Assembly (NCBI GenBank): GCA_964016885.1
Contig: OZ024752.1
Location: 6,138,001 to 6,202,000, forward strand
DNA length: 64,000 bases
Direction of reading: 5' to 3'
Source: Eledone cirrhosa
Lineage: Eukaryota
The notes under the pieces: generated by a model
Databases searched by the model: none
Told to the model about the DNA's origin: nothing
What the model saw: only the letters and a program-made list of their open reading frames with translations
Shown: piece by piece, positions 13,001-26,098 of the stretch
How positions within the stretch are numbered: position 1 is the stretch's first letter
How the letters are laid out: the number at the start of each line of letters is the position of its first letter
Made by a program: the position numbers and the translations under genes

Positions 13001-14939
13001 TGGACCTTATGAAGGAAATTTGGTGTGGACGGAAACTGTTTGGAAGCCAGTCGAATAAACCAACAGACTGAATCTCCCTGAGAATTACGTTTCTGTGAAA
13101 TACACAGGCACTAAAGCTATAAGAGATTGAACCTCTAATTGAAAGGTTCAGTCTTCTCGTACATTTTGTCACATTGGATCTCTCTGAGAATTACGTTTAA
13201 GGACACACATGTTTGTGGAATGCTCAGCCACGGGCAAGCAGTTCCTTTGATCGAAACACTGGAGCACTCATCGCTAAAATTGATGAGGTCCATTCCTTCA
13301 TATCCACCCCACCCCACCCGGGGTAAGACCTTTTGTTTCGTGTGAAATAATTTTAATTCTAGGTGAAGAGATCGAAGTAGAACAAGAGATAAATCGCCAG
13401 AGTGATAAGTTGCTTCACAGGTTCGATTTCATTTTATTTCCCATGTTTACTGTTTAATTAAGAACAATATCTATGACTGTAATTTTTCAGGGCCTCCGAG
13501 GCAGAAGGGAGAGAAGAAGGTATCCTCAGATCTGGAACTGATCAAAATGCTTAAAACTTCACTAAAGGCCCCTAAAACGCCGCTAAATGTTCAAAAGAAG
13601 TCAGGGATTGTGTTAGAATATCACAATTATTTGCTAGTAAATTATAAAAATATGCCCCACCCCCGTGTAATAACTTATTTTTCATTTCTTTTTAAATATA
13701 TGATTACCTGTGGGTCGGTCTAATTTTCTTAGTTGATAATTTAATTTAAATAGGATTCTAACCATTAAAAATCAAACATTTTATACATCAAGAATTCAAT
13801 CCTCCTCTTCATAATTTTTGTAGCTGGTTAACAATATGGCTTCCCTTGAGTTATACTTCAACATTGCTTCAATTCAGTCATAATTTGACATTGCTTCCCT
13901 TGGTGTAAAATGATTTCTAATTTAGACACAAGGGCAGCAAGGTTTTTGTGGGAAAAGTGAATTAAATAAACCCCAATTAACTGGTAGAAGGAGCAGCGTA
14001 AAATAGAATATTTTGCTCAAGAACACAAAGCGACGCTCATTCCAGGACGCGAACCTACAACATTACCTATGATCAGAAGCTCAACACCCTGAACACTGCA
14101 TTCACAAACGTGGAGAGTTGATAGAGACGGTAAAGACGTTGGATTCGACTCTACGTTCTGAGTTGTAGCAGCCAGCAGATAGAGTCAGCAATGGAAAAAC
14201 CAACAAAACGTTGTTACCTTGGTCCAATTTCACGGTCGGTATCTTTTCTATAATTTTAAACTGATTTACTGGAGTATAACCTGCACAACACTGATTAATA
14301 TTTTTATTGAGATGATCTTACATGTAAATTACTTTACAGAGTTAACTGACTGAGTTAAATCATTGAGTTATCTTACTGCACAAGAAACTAATAGATAGAT
14401 AGGAAGGAGTTGATAAGCAGCAATCTTTGAATTAGACCAGTTAAAGATAATTCTAGCAAGTAATATTCTGACGTCTCTTCAGCGTTCAACGTTATTGAGC
14501 TGAGATCAGGGGTTATCTGGTTCAACTGGTAATGGCATCCGTACTGTCCTCGTTACGTTCTGGTTCAGTGTCAATGAAGCTATTACCACGATGGTGAGAG
14601 GAACTTAGATTCCTCTCTCTACATATGTACTCTTCCCACTTCTATGTTTCCAAATATTTTAATGATAAATCTTCAAATGAAAATGTTCTGATAAATTCAG
14701 CAGAAATCTATCTGGTGAAATATAACTTCTTTCTCTGACTCTAATGTCTGCCTAGCTCTTCCAACTACACAAATTGTGTTTAACTAGGTCACACTACTAC
14801 ATAGATTCATACAAACTTTTTTTCTTAAAGATTACGCCTCTTTGTGATCATGAAATTTGGTAAGATGTCGGAGTACCTAAATTGAACACATACCACTGTT
14901 ATCATTACAAAGTTACACAGCTGTGTGTATTGGGCCTCG

Positions 14940-15145
14940 GTATGACCAACGAATCAGCCTGTTCGTAAAATTAACGTGCAAGTGGCCGAACGTTCCACAA
15001 ACATGCATGCCCTTAACGTAGTTCTCGGAGATACAATATAGCAGGGGTGGCCTATTGAACTTTAGGTGCAACTCACTGGACTGAGAATCGAACTTACGAC
15101 CTTGCGATCGCAAACCAAACGCCCTAATAATTAAGGCACGAGTGT
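14940..15145 (-). mobile_element. SINE family A, internally deleted copy
   Basis: Reverse complement of the family A tail (AAATTAACGTGCAAGTGGC...TTAACGTAGTTCTC) and a tRNA-like head (GAATCGAAC). Confidence 0.7.
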
Positions 15146-17366
15146 TCAGCTTTGAGGATATATAATTAGACGCAGAACCACGTGGTTTCCAAACAAATTC
15201 CTTAACCACACAGCAGTACCTTTTGGTTAATAATTGAATTTTATAAAATATATATTATTTTGCTAATAATTAAAAAGAAAGAAAAACTAGAACAAAAAAA
15301 TCTGCTTTTGAAATTTATAATTCAGTTTTATTTTTCAATTTGGTTAGCAATTGAATTCCAGAGTGAAAACGCCGACCAAATACATTTTAAAGTTATTTTA
15401 GATCAGAGATTTAAAAAAAAAATGATGCTAGGAGAAAAATTCCCCGAAAGTAAGCAGTAACGCAGCCATCTTGGTATTATGGTGAGCGGATGTGCAGATT
15501 AAGCATGTAGTTCCAGTAGATTCCATCTGCGGTTTGTACGCTTTTCTTCATTCTTTTTGTTCATATTTCAGCAAACGTTCACCAAACTAGCCAATAATTT
15601 CACTGAAAATACAGACATACCTTCAGTTGTTATCAATGAATGCACAACGAACTCCAAATCTATTTGATTTTCAGTGTCATTGGTTCGTTTTAAAGATTTG
15701 TAATTGAAAATTCATAGAATCTCAAATAATTCATTATATCTATTATTTATTTATTAGTTAAAAGTTTTTGAAAATGTTTCAAGAATAAAAACAGTTAAAA
15801 TGTTGGTAAAGAAACATTTCCTGTGGCTGCTAAATAAATAACATGCAGCCATTATTATCCACACGTCTTTAGCTTTTGTTCTTAATCCTTATTAAAGCAA
15901 CTTAAGGAATAGTTTCACTGTTTCTGTTTAGCATCAAAATAATTGCTGTTATTTTGAGAGATGTACGATCTTGGGAAAAGGCTCCATTTTCTGTTGTTTA
16001 AAACACGCTATTCCCCAAAACTTCGATATTCTTCTGCTCATATATAGTCTTTGCAGTTTTTGAAATATTTGTTGTTTGCAAATCAAAACTAGAAGCTTGC
16101 TGGACTTCATTGAAGGTTGACATCGATTAACCAAAGATTGGATATAAAAACTCTCTGAATATAACAAGTTAAGGGATAATATTGTCAAAATAAAGAAGAG
16201 AACAGAAATAAGACATAGTTACAGGTTACAACAGGGAATGTTTGTGTTTCTTACTAAAACATATTGAAGGGTGCCAAAACAGCGTGGCTAAGACTCTGGA
16301 ATAGCCAAGTACATGCTATATTCTATATTTCTATATTCGAAACAATAATAGTTGTTCCTCATATAAAACATGCAAAATTCTTTTGAGCTAAACAAGCAGG
16401 GGGAATCCAATAATATCTTTGTAACATACCAATACCTGGAAGACAATGTCAAAGTAGAAGGGAGGAGTGCCCTCGGGTACGTGTTTAGAGTTTGATCGAT
16501 GTAAATATAGTGAAAAGACTACAGGAAGGAATCGATTTGAACTCGGAACGTAAAGGGACGTAACTATATACCGCAAGGAATGTTTTCTGACGCTCTACCG
16601 AATACTACCAATCCATGGAACAATAATAAAAAGAACATTAACAATAATAACGTAAATAAAACCCTAGAATTTACACAAATACTCAATATAGGTACTGCAG
16701 ACATATAATATTTAGTATTTTTAAACTAAAACAAAATGTTGCAGGTACCCAAGGCACGCAAAACTGTGCTCAGTAATGCAATGAAAGCACGCCAGACTTT
16801 TTATCGAAGTCGGTTTGACTACAGTACTTGACTGGTTCTTTATTTTTCGATCCAGATAGGTTGAAAAACAAAGTAGACCGGGCTATAGAATTTTTCTTCA
16901 ACGTGGCTAAAATAATATATTTTGTCGGTATAATAGACCTGATACTTTCAGATCTAAAGATGGTAAAACATACAAGTTTAATCTTGACTGTGAAGCCAAG
17001 GATTTCTGGAAGCTAAAGTTGCAGTTAAGACGGCAAATTAATCTCGTTAGGACATTGTTTTAAAATTGATTCAGTATTTCTCCCGTCTCACAGCAATCTG
17101 AGTTCAAATCCCGCCAAGTTCAACTTCATCTTTTATCATTTCGAAGTCAATAAAATTAACAGTAACCTAGGTTAATTCTCTCTCTCTCACTTCCGCCCTA
17201 GAACAAGGGTAGATGGGCCCCACCCGGCTTAAAGCGCTCAAGGCATGCCGAATGGGAGAGAGATGAGGTAAAGAGAGAGTGAGAGATGAGCTGTGGTGAG
17301 AAAGGGGGGGGGGGTGAGCTATGGTGGAGTTTGAGAGTTCAATACAACTGGAGGGACAGATACCAT

Positions 17367-17775
17367 TAATAATGGTTTCTACTTTTGGCACAAGGCCAGC
17401 AATTATTCCAGTGCATTACTGGTACTTTATTTTATCGACCCCGTAAGGATGAAAGGCAAAGTTAACCTCGGCGGGATTTGAACTCAGATCATAAAGGGAG
17501 GTAACTCTATGCTTCAAAGCATGGCGTCCGACCCTCTACCGATACTGCCAATCCACCACCATTAATAATGGTTTCTGATTTAGTCACAAGGCCAACGATT
17601 TGGGGGAGGGTTAAGATAATTAAATCGACCCCAGTACATTACTGCTACTTTATTTCATCGGCGTCGTAAGGATGAAAGGCAAAGCTAAACTTGGCGGGAC
17701 TTGAACTCAGAATGTAAAGGGCCGTAACTCTATGCCACAAAGCATACCCGACGCTCTAGCGATTCTTCTACCAAT
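17367..17775 (-). mobile_element. Two head-to-tail SINE family B copies
   Basis: Two successive matches to ACTGGTACTTTATTTTATCGACCCCGTAAGGATGAAAGGCAAAG...GGGATTTGAACTCAGA (17367-17561, 17561-17775). Confidence 0.85.
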
Positions 17776-17811
17776 TCAACAGCTCAATGATAAACATAGA
17801 GCTTTGTGATG

Positions 17812-18404
17812 GACACACTACACCTCCTCCTCCCATCACACTACACCTCCTCCCATCACACTGCACCTCCTCCCGTCACACTACACCTCCTCCCGTCACA
17901 CTACACCTCCTCCCATCACACTACACCTCCTCCCATCACACTACACCTCCTCCCATCACACTACACCTCCTCCCATCACACTACACCTCCTCCCATCACA
18001 CTACACCTCCTCCCATCACACTACACCTCCTCCCATCACACTGCACCTCCTCCCGTCACACTACACCTCCTCCCGTCACACTACACCTCCTCCCATCACA
18101 CTACACCTCCTCCCATCACACTACACCTCCTCCCATCACACTACACCTCCTCCCATCACACTACACCTCCTCCCATCACACTACACCTCCTCCCATCACA
18201 CTGCACCTCCTCCCGTCACACTACACCTCCTCCCGTCACACTACACCTCCTCCCATCACACTACACCTCCTCCCGTCACACTACACCTCCTCCCATCACA
18301 CTACACCTCCTCCCATCACACTACACCTCCTCCCATCACACTACACCTCCTCCCATCACACTACACCTCCTCCCATCACACTACACCTCCTCCCATCACA
18401 CTAC
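17812..18404. repeat. Minisatellite, 20-bp unit CACACTACACCTCCTCCCAT, ~29 copies
   Basis: Directly visible. Confidence 0.95.
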
Positions 18405-18598
18405 TACCTAACTTCTGTATCACATATGTCGTTGTCAATGACAACCGAGATATTGCTGACTCCCTCTCACTATCGTCATCATCATTTAACGTCTATTTTG
18501 CACGCTAGCATGGGTTAGACGAGTTGTCCCATTTGGGGCAAGTACAGAACTGTTTCTGGCTCGGTTTCTTCGGCTGGATCCCCTCCCTAACACCAAGC

Positions 18599-18957
18599 TG
18601 ACCCCTCCACCACCTCCAGTGTGGACTGTGTCCGTGACCCCTCCACCACCTCCAGTGTGGACTGTGTCCGTGACCCCTCCACCACCTCCAGTGTGGACTG
18701 TGTCCGTGACCCCTCCACCACCTCCAGTGTGGACTGTGTCCGTGACCCCTCCACCACCTCCAGTGTGGACTGTGTCCGTGACCCCTCCACCACCTCCAGT
18801 GTGGACTGTGTCCGTGACCCCTCCACCACCTCCAGTGTGGACTGTGTCCGTGACCCCTCCACCACCTCCAGTGTGGACTGTGTCCGTGACCCCTCCACCA
18901 CCTCCAGTGTGGACTGTGTCCGTGACCCCTCCACCACCTCCAGTGTGGACTGTGTCT
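18599..18957. repeat. Minisatellite, 36-bp unit TGACCCCTCCACCACCTCCAGTGTGGACTGTGTCCG, 10 copies
   Basis: Directly visible, copies appear identical. Confidence 0.95.
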
Positions 18958-19303
18958 ATATTGTCAGGTCAGGTTCCAGCCTGCTACTGGTACCACTTAA
19001 CCCAGTATAACCTGCTTCATGGTCAAGTGGTCACTAAACCAGCTGGCCCTGCACTGGTAATGAGGGTAAGTGGATCCCCAGCAACAAGAGCTATTAAAAG
19101 GACGGTTTAAATCCTCAGAACCAAAGACCAACCACTCCAACCGTGGCCTCACCAACCCGCAAATGGCCAAGTGTGGTGAGTAAGGCTATACCCCTGAAGA
19201 CATGACAAATCTAACAGCTGTTGAAGTCAACCAGGGAGGGGCTCCTCCAACAGGGGTCAGATGGCCCTCAGCTGGGCTGGATATATATGTGCGTGTGCAC
19301 ACA

Positions 19304-19346
<43 letters not shown>

Positions 19347-19438
19347 GCGCGCGCTAACACAGAAAACAATAACGAAGAGTGCAGTACAAAGTGTTAGTAT
19401 TAGGTTCACGCTTGAGAGTGGAGGAGGGGAGGGGGTTA

Positions 19439-19469
19439 CGACGTTTCGGGCATAAGCCCTTCATCAGGA
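19439..19469 (-). ncRNA. Minimal type I hammerhead ribozyme motif (PLE-type)
   Basis: Minus strand TC-CTGATGA-A-GGGC-TTAT-GCCC-GAAA-CG-TC-G: intact core, 4-bp stem II, palindromic ACGT stem III, GUC cleavage triplet; stem I is weak. Confidence 0.75.
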
Positions 19470-19473
19470 GAAA

Positions 19474-19507
<34 letters not shown>

Positions 19508-19529
19508 ATATATAAATTAAAAGTCGAAT

Positions 19530-19568
<39 letters not shown>

Positions 19569-19728
19569 AACGCATCAAACAATTACACGAGATAATTTGT
19601 AAAGAGAGTAAACACACAATTACAGGGGTAACATGTTAAAAATTAAACAAGACCCTTCAGCAATAATGGTTAATCTTCTGACGCATGATTCTGATATTCT
19701 CAGACATGATATCTTTAATCTAATTTTG

Positions 19729-19778
<50 letters not shown>

Positions 19779-19780
19779 CT

Positions 19781-19872
19781 ACCTGGAGTTGCGACCGATA
19801 GAGAGTATTAGCAATTGGAAAGACCAACGGAAACATTGTTTCCTCGGTCCGATTTGACGAAAGTCGATCGAC
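19781..19872 (+). repeat. Short interspersed repeat (family C, ~92 bp)
   Basis: Close copy at 56157-56248; diverged or partial copies at ~12480-12556, ~14160-14230, 58086-58120. Confidence 0.75.
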
Positions 19873-19945
19873 TTATATATATGTACTATACATGCACCTT
19901 TGATGAGTTGTAGTGCACCTGAGCACTGTACACAATAATTTCATT

Positions 19946-19999
<54 letters not shown>

Positions 20000-20001
<2 letters not shown>

Positions 20002-20300
20002 GACCTCTCTCGATTCGGAACAACCGAACAGCCTGCTCGTGAAATTAACATGCAAGTGGCTGAGCTTTCCATAGACATGAGGCCCTTAGCATAGTTCTCA
20101 GGGAGATTCAGTGTGACACAAATGTGACAAGGTTGAATCTTTGAATCACAGGTACAACTCATTTTCGCCAACTGAGTGGACTGGACCAACGTGAAATAAA
20201 GTGACTTGCTCAAGGGTATAATGTACCACCAGAAATCGAACTCTCGATCTTACGATCCTAAATTGAACACCCTAACCACTAAATCACGTAACTTCACACA
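20000..20300 (-). mobile_element. SINE family A, near full length
   Basis: Reverse complement of the 6630-6920 element throughout. Confidence 0.85.
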
Positions 20301-21060
20301 TACATACACACGTATACTCGCATACATACTCACATACATACATACATACTCACTCACATACATACATACGTACATACATACATACGACTATGTATGTATG
20401 TATGTATGTATGTATGTATGTGTTTCTGTATGTATATACGTATGTATGTGTCTGTGTGTGAGTGATGCATGTGGTGGCTTTGTGAGGGAGGGGTGTGTCA
20501 GAGAGAGAGATGGGGAGGGTGTGTCAGAGAGAGAGAGGGGAGGGGTGAGACAGAGAGATAGAAAAACGTTTTTGCTTCATTCACAAATTATTTCTTACTC
20601 ATTCATAAATATTTCTTTTTGCTTCATTCATAAATAGCCGAACTCTAATTTCACACACACACATGAAGACAAACACACACACATTCACACATACACACAC
20701 AAACATTGACGCAAACACACAGAGAGATACAAATACACACAAAAACAAACATTTACACACACAAATACAAACAGAAGCACACAAAAGCATAGACAGACAA
20801 ACACACTCAAACAGACACACAGACACACTCAAACAGACACACACACACAGGCACAAAACGAAAGGAAAAGAAGAGGAAGTTGCAAATATTGTCATAAGAA
20901 ATATAGAAGGTGGTTGAATGGTAAAGGCGTTGGTGATTGTAAGGTTCGATTGTAAGGTTCGATTCCAGTGACATCTTGGACATCATTTACCATAGCTTCC
21001 TGCCATACTTTGTGAAGGCGATTGGGTAGGCAGAGACTATTTAGAAGCCCGTCGTAGGAT

Positions 21061-21628
21061 GGACTGTAGCTGTAATATTGTGGGGTACTCAGCCATGTCT
21101 ACTATAAGATAGACTGTAGCTGTAATACTGTGGGGTACTCAGCCACTATCACTATAAGATAGACTGTAGCTGTAATACTGTGGGGGTACTCAGCCATGTC
21201 TACTATAAGATAGACTGTAGCTGTAATACTGTGGGGTACTCAGCCACTATTACTATAAGATAGACTGTAGCTGTAATACTGTGGGGTACTCAGCCATGTC
21301 TACTATAAGATAGACTGTAGCTGTAATACTGTGGGGTACTCAGCCACTATCACTATAAGATAGACTGTAGCTGTAATACTGTGGGGGTACTCAGCCACTA
21401 TTACTATAAGATAGACTGTAGCTGTAATACTGTGGGGTACTCAGCCATGTCTACTATAAGATAGACTGTAGCTGTAATACTGTGGGGTACTCAGCCACTA
21501 TCACTATAAGATAGACTGTAGCTGTAATACTGTGGGGGTACTCAGCCACTATTACTATAAGATAGACTGTAGCTGTAATACTGTGGGGTACTCAGCCATG
21601 TCTACTATAAGATAGACTGTAACTGTAA
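21061..21628. repeat. Minisatellite, ~50-bp unit, ~11 copies with alternating variants
   Basis: Unit TAGACTGTAGCTGTAATACTGTGGGGTACTCAGCCA[TGTCT/CTATC/CTATT]ACTATAAGA. Confidence 0.95.
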
Positions 21629-21912
21629 TTGAAAGGTCCCCAGCATTGTCACACTGAGTCCCATTTTAGGGTACAAATGTTTGTGAAACACTCAGACACA
21701 ACTGGAATACTCATCGTCGAAATTGACGGAGGTCCAACAACAATCATAACAACAACGACGACACATTTCCTCATGTTTATCAACAATAAAAACTACAAGA
21801 AAGTGAATAAATAAATGAAAGTTCACAAAACATTTAGTAATGAAAGGATACATATAGAAATAGCGAAGTCAGTCGGCAACGAACAGTCCCAGGATGACAT
21901 TAGGGTACCTTA

Positions 21913-21974
<62 letters not shown>

Positions 21975-22181
21975 CTGTGACTTCAGTCTTTCTTCCAGAT
22001 ACAGTCTGTGGTTTTTGTTGTTTCGTTGTATTCCTTGGACAAGATTCTTGTCACAAATTTTCAAATGTATTTTCTTCAAAACAGTAAAACCAGTGTTGAT
22101 AATATATCCAAAATAAAACTTGCAGAGTTTGGTTTATTTGCTTGTTTTATTTGTGTGTGCCGACTCTCTAGATGTTTCCAG

Positions 22182-22235
<54 letters not shown>

Positions 22236-22940
22236 TTTTATTATAGTGTTTCTTGGTGTTGGATGTTTTCAACGGGTTTAATAAAATATGCTCTAAGATG
22301 ATTTGATTGTATATCAACTGTCAACTGTAATATCGATCTTTGGTCAATAAAGTCTCAACGGATATATGCCCAGCAAAAGTCTTGGTTTGATAAGATTTTC
22401 ATAATTTCTTCCATGTTAAATAAATAATTTGCTTTTATTATCAAAAACAAAAATGAAATTATAAAGTTTAGAGAATTATTTTTTGTTGGTGTTGCATGTT
22501 GTTTGATAAATATCGATTTCTCTGATCATCGATAGATGAATAAATAAATAATAAACAATATGATTGGTGTCTGGTTGACTGGCCTTGTTGGTTGGTGAAC
22601 TAACTGGATTGTAAAGGACATAGAGAGGGTGCGAGTTAGGATGTATGTTTATCATCCAAATACTTTTGACAATTTATATTAAAGATTAGAGAAGTTTCAG
22701 AAATCTTAATTACAGTTCAATTAGTTAACTTTTATAATTGTATTGTTAACAATTGTGATATCATAATGTTTATTGATGTTGTTATTGTAGCTATCATTAA
22801 CATTGTCGGTGTTGTTATTCAGTTCTAAATAATATTTGGCTGAAAACAGTAAGATTCTTACCTTTTCTGGTGAGGGAAGGAGGAAATAAAATTTGCAAAA
22901 GTGTCGGAAAGGAGAAAATAAGATGTGACAAGAGAGGTAT

Positions 22941-23465
22941 TTAGTACAATGCTACATCATTGTAAGCATCATCTAAATCTTTGATAAGAGTGTTGTATTT
23001 GTCCTTCTCTTCGTTCAATAAGGCTTCCATTTTCTCCAAATCTTCTTCCAGTTTGGTCACCATTCGTTCGGCGTTTGTTGCTCTCAACTCGGCTTCTTTC
23101 AGTTTCTCCTGGTTTGACACTTCTTCGGTCTTTTTCACGGACAAAGCTTCCTCGCTCCTTTCAAGTTGTAAGTCCAACATTTGTATTCTTCTTTGCAAGT
23201 TCTGGATCTCAGTGTCACACTCGCTGACTCTTTCTTCAGCGTAGTGCATCATGTCCTGAGCTTTGCTCAGGTCATTGTTCACGCCGTCCAGTTCCTTCTC
23301 CATGTTGGAATATTTCTTCTGTAACCAGTTCAATTCCTCGTCCAAACGGCCCCTTTCAGTTTCGGTGCACTTCAGTTTGTCTTCGATCACCTCTACCTTG
23401 TCTATAGCCGATTCTTTGGCCACCCTGATGGCCTGCATTTTTTTAAGATACGCGTCACGATCCAT
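22941..23465 (-). CDS. Short tropomyosin-like coiled-coil protein, 174 aa, single coding exon
   Basis: N-terminus (MDRDAYLKKMQAI...LQKK...LQRRIQML...LERSEE) follows tropomyosin residues ~1-106 and C-terminus (LKEAELRATNAERMVTKL...EKDKY...LDDAYNDVALY) follows ~232-284; GCCATGG start context; intact ORF; minus-strand AATAAA at 22769-22774 and 22434-22439. Confidence 0.92.
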   Translation of the reverse strand: MDRDAYLKKMQAIRVAKESAIDKVEVIEDKLKCTETERGRLDEELNWLQKKYSNMEKELDGVNNDLSKAQDMMHYAEERVSECDTEIQNLQRRIQMLDLQLERSEEALSVKKTEEVSNQEKLKEAELRATNAERMVTKLEEDLEKMEALLNEEKDKYNTLIKDLDDAYNDVALY

Positions 23466-23533
23466 GGCTGAAGTTGTTTGTTTTTACTATCAAACGAAGA
23501 AGTAAGAAAGTTTATTAAAGAATTCCACTCGAG

Positions 23534-23556
23534 CTGAGAAGAATAGAAGAAAATGC
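23534..23556 (-). promoter_or_regulatory. Candidate splice acceptor of a 5'-UTR intron of the tropomyosin-like gene
   Basis: Minus strand GCATTTTCTTCTATTCTTCTCAG|CTCGAG, 68 nt upstream of the ATG. Confidence 0.5.
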
Positions 23557-23906
23557 ACTCCGCTCTCTGGCTGCAGAAATATGGAACTGAGATAAACTAT
23601 CTTCCTACTAACAATTACACCTGCTACTACACTGTTGGCTTTACCTCTTCCTTCTCCCCCTTCCTTACTGTCTATAATTACCTCCTCCTCCTCGTCCCTT
23701 CCTCCATCCTCGCCCCATCGTCAGTAGATGAATGAGGGGGGGGGGGGGGTAGTTATGAAGATCTTACTTAAGGCGGCGACGGGGAAAGCAGCAGTAGTTG
23801 TCATTCTTTCTTTCTTCTACTTCTTCTTCTTCTTATGATCTGTATTTACATATTTCTTATCTTTTTATTTGTAAAATAAACCTCGCTTTCTTTCACTTCG
23901 TCCCAC

Positions 23907-24010
23907 AACACACACACACACACGTACACACACACACACGTACACACACACACACCCGTACACACACACGTACACACACACACACGTACACACACGTACA
24001 CACACACACA

Positions 24011-24041
<31 letters not shown>

Positions 24042-25180
24042 CCGTACACACACACACACACGTACACACACACACACACGTACACACACGTACACACACA
24101 CACACGTACACACACGTACACACACACACACGTACACACACACACACGTACACACACACACACCCGTACACACACGTACACACACACACACGTACACACA
24201 CGTACACACACACACACGTACACACACACACACACACGTACACACACGTACACACACACACACGTACACACACACACGTACACACACACACGTACACACG
24301 TACACACACGTACACACACACACACACGTACACCCGTACACACACACACACGTACACACACGTACACACACACACACACACGTACACCCGTACACACACA
24401 TACGTACACCCGTACACACACACGTACACACACACGTACACACGTACACACACACACACGTACATACACGTACACACACGTACACACACACACGTACACA
24501 CACACACGTACACACATACACTCCTGTACACAGAGAGGCTCATTCACACTCATATACACATACATATACACACTCATATACACATACACATACATATACA
24601 CACTCGTATACATTCACATACGCTGACATGTAGTTGTGCACTCCCACGCCACACACACATACATATATATACACATACACACAGGTACACGTACACACAT
24701 ACACATAGGTACACACATAGACACATACACACAGGTACACATAGACACATATGTAGACATACATACATGCATGTAAGCAGATCGCTCTTTAAAAGGTGTG
24801 ATGGTTAAACACACACACACATATACGCACACACACACACACGCACACACACACACACGCACGCACACGCACACACACAGACACGCACACACACACACGC
24901 ACGCACACGCACACACACAGACACGCACACACACGCACATGCACACGCACACACACACACATGTACACACACATACACGAACACACGCACACATACGCAT
25001 ATACATACATACATACATACACACGCACACTCACGCACACACACGCACACACGCACACATACGCATATACATACATACATACATACACACGCACACTCAC
25101 ACACACACGCACACACACGCACACACCCACACTCGCACACACACGCACACATGTACACACACATACACACACACACACAC
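23907..25180. repeat. Compound (CA)n/(CACGTA)n microsatellite field
   Basis: Directly visible. Confidence 0.95.
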
Positions 25181-26050
25181 CTATGGATGAGCGGAGTAAG
25201 GATGTATGTTAGATTGAGGCGAGAGATGAAGGGAAACTAAGAGTTATGAGGGAGGGAGGGATGGAACAGTAATTTGGTTAACAGTCAGTTACAGTTATCT
25301 CCCCTTAATCAACTTTCAAAACTTTCAGATAAAAACAAATTAATACATAAATATTTTATTTATAAACATTAAACATTTTAAAACTAATTTTTCACTACTT
25401 TTGTTGTTTGTCCGTGAATTAACGAGAGTCTCGGACTAAATGTCTCGCTACATTTGTCTCGGATCTTTAACTTAGAAATTTCCACAGAAATTTGGGTAAA
25501 ACTGTGACCCTTTTAAGGCTGATTGCTGAATATCTCTCATGTCTACATAACACACACATACACACAACTACAACACACATACATACTCACACACAAACTG
25601 CAACACACACACACACACACACATAGACACACAACACACACACATCTTATAATTCACTCAAACAGCTAACCCCATTAAAAGGTCTACAACATTCTATAAT
25701 ACAGGTGGTGGTGGTGGTGTAGAGGTGGTGGTGGTGTTAAAGGAGGTGGTCGTGGTGGTGGTGGAGATGGTGGTGTAGTAGAGGTGGTGGTGGTAGGTGG
25801 TGGTAGTTGTGGTGGTGTAGTATAGGTGGTGGTGATGATGGAGGTGGGGTGGTGGTGGTGTAGTAGAGGTGGTGGGTGGTGGTGGGAGACGTCTGTTTAT
25901 TTATCTACCTATCTATCGATACACGCACATACACACATACACACATATATATATGTGAACATGAACATATATATGTGAGTGTGTGTGTATATATATATAG
26001 TAATAAATGTGAAGACTAAAATCCGTTAAGAGTGAAAGCTTTAATCTGTT

Positions 26051-26098
<48 letters not shown>

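Noticed and set aside
18599-18957. 36-bp repeats of CRISPR-like length
   Set aside because: Contiguous units with no spacers, eukaryotic context, no cas genes; the same applies to all other arrays.
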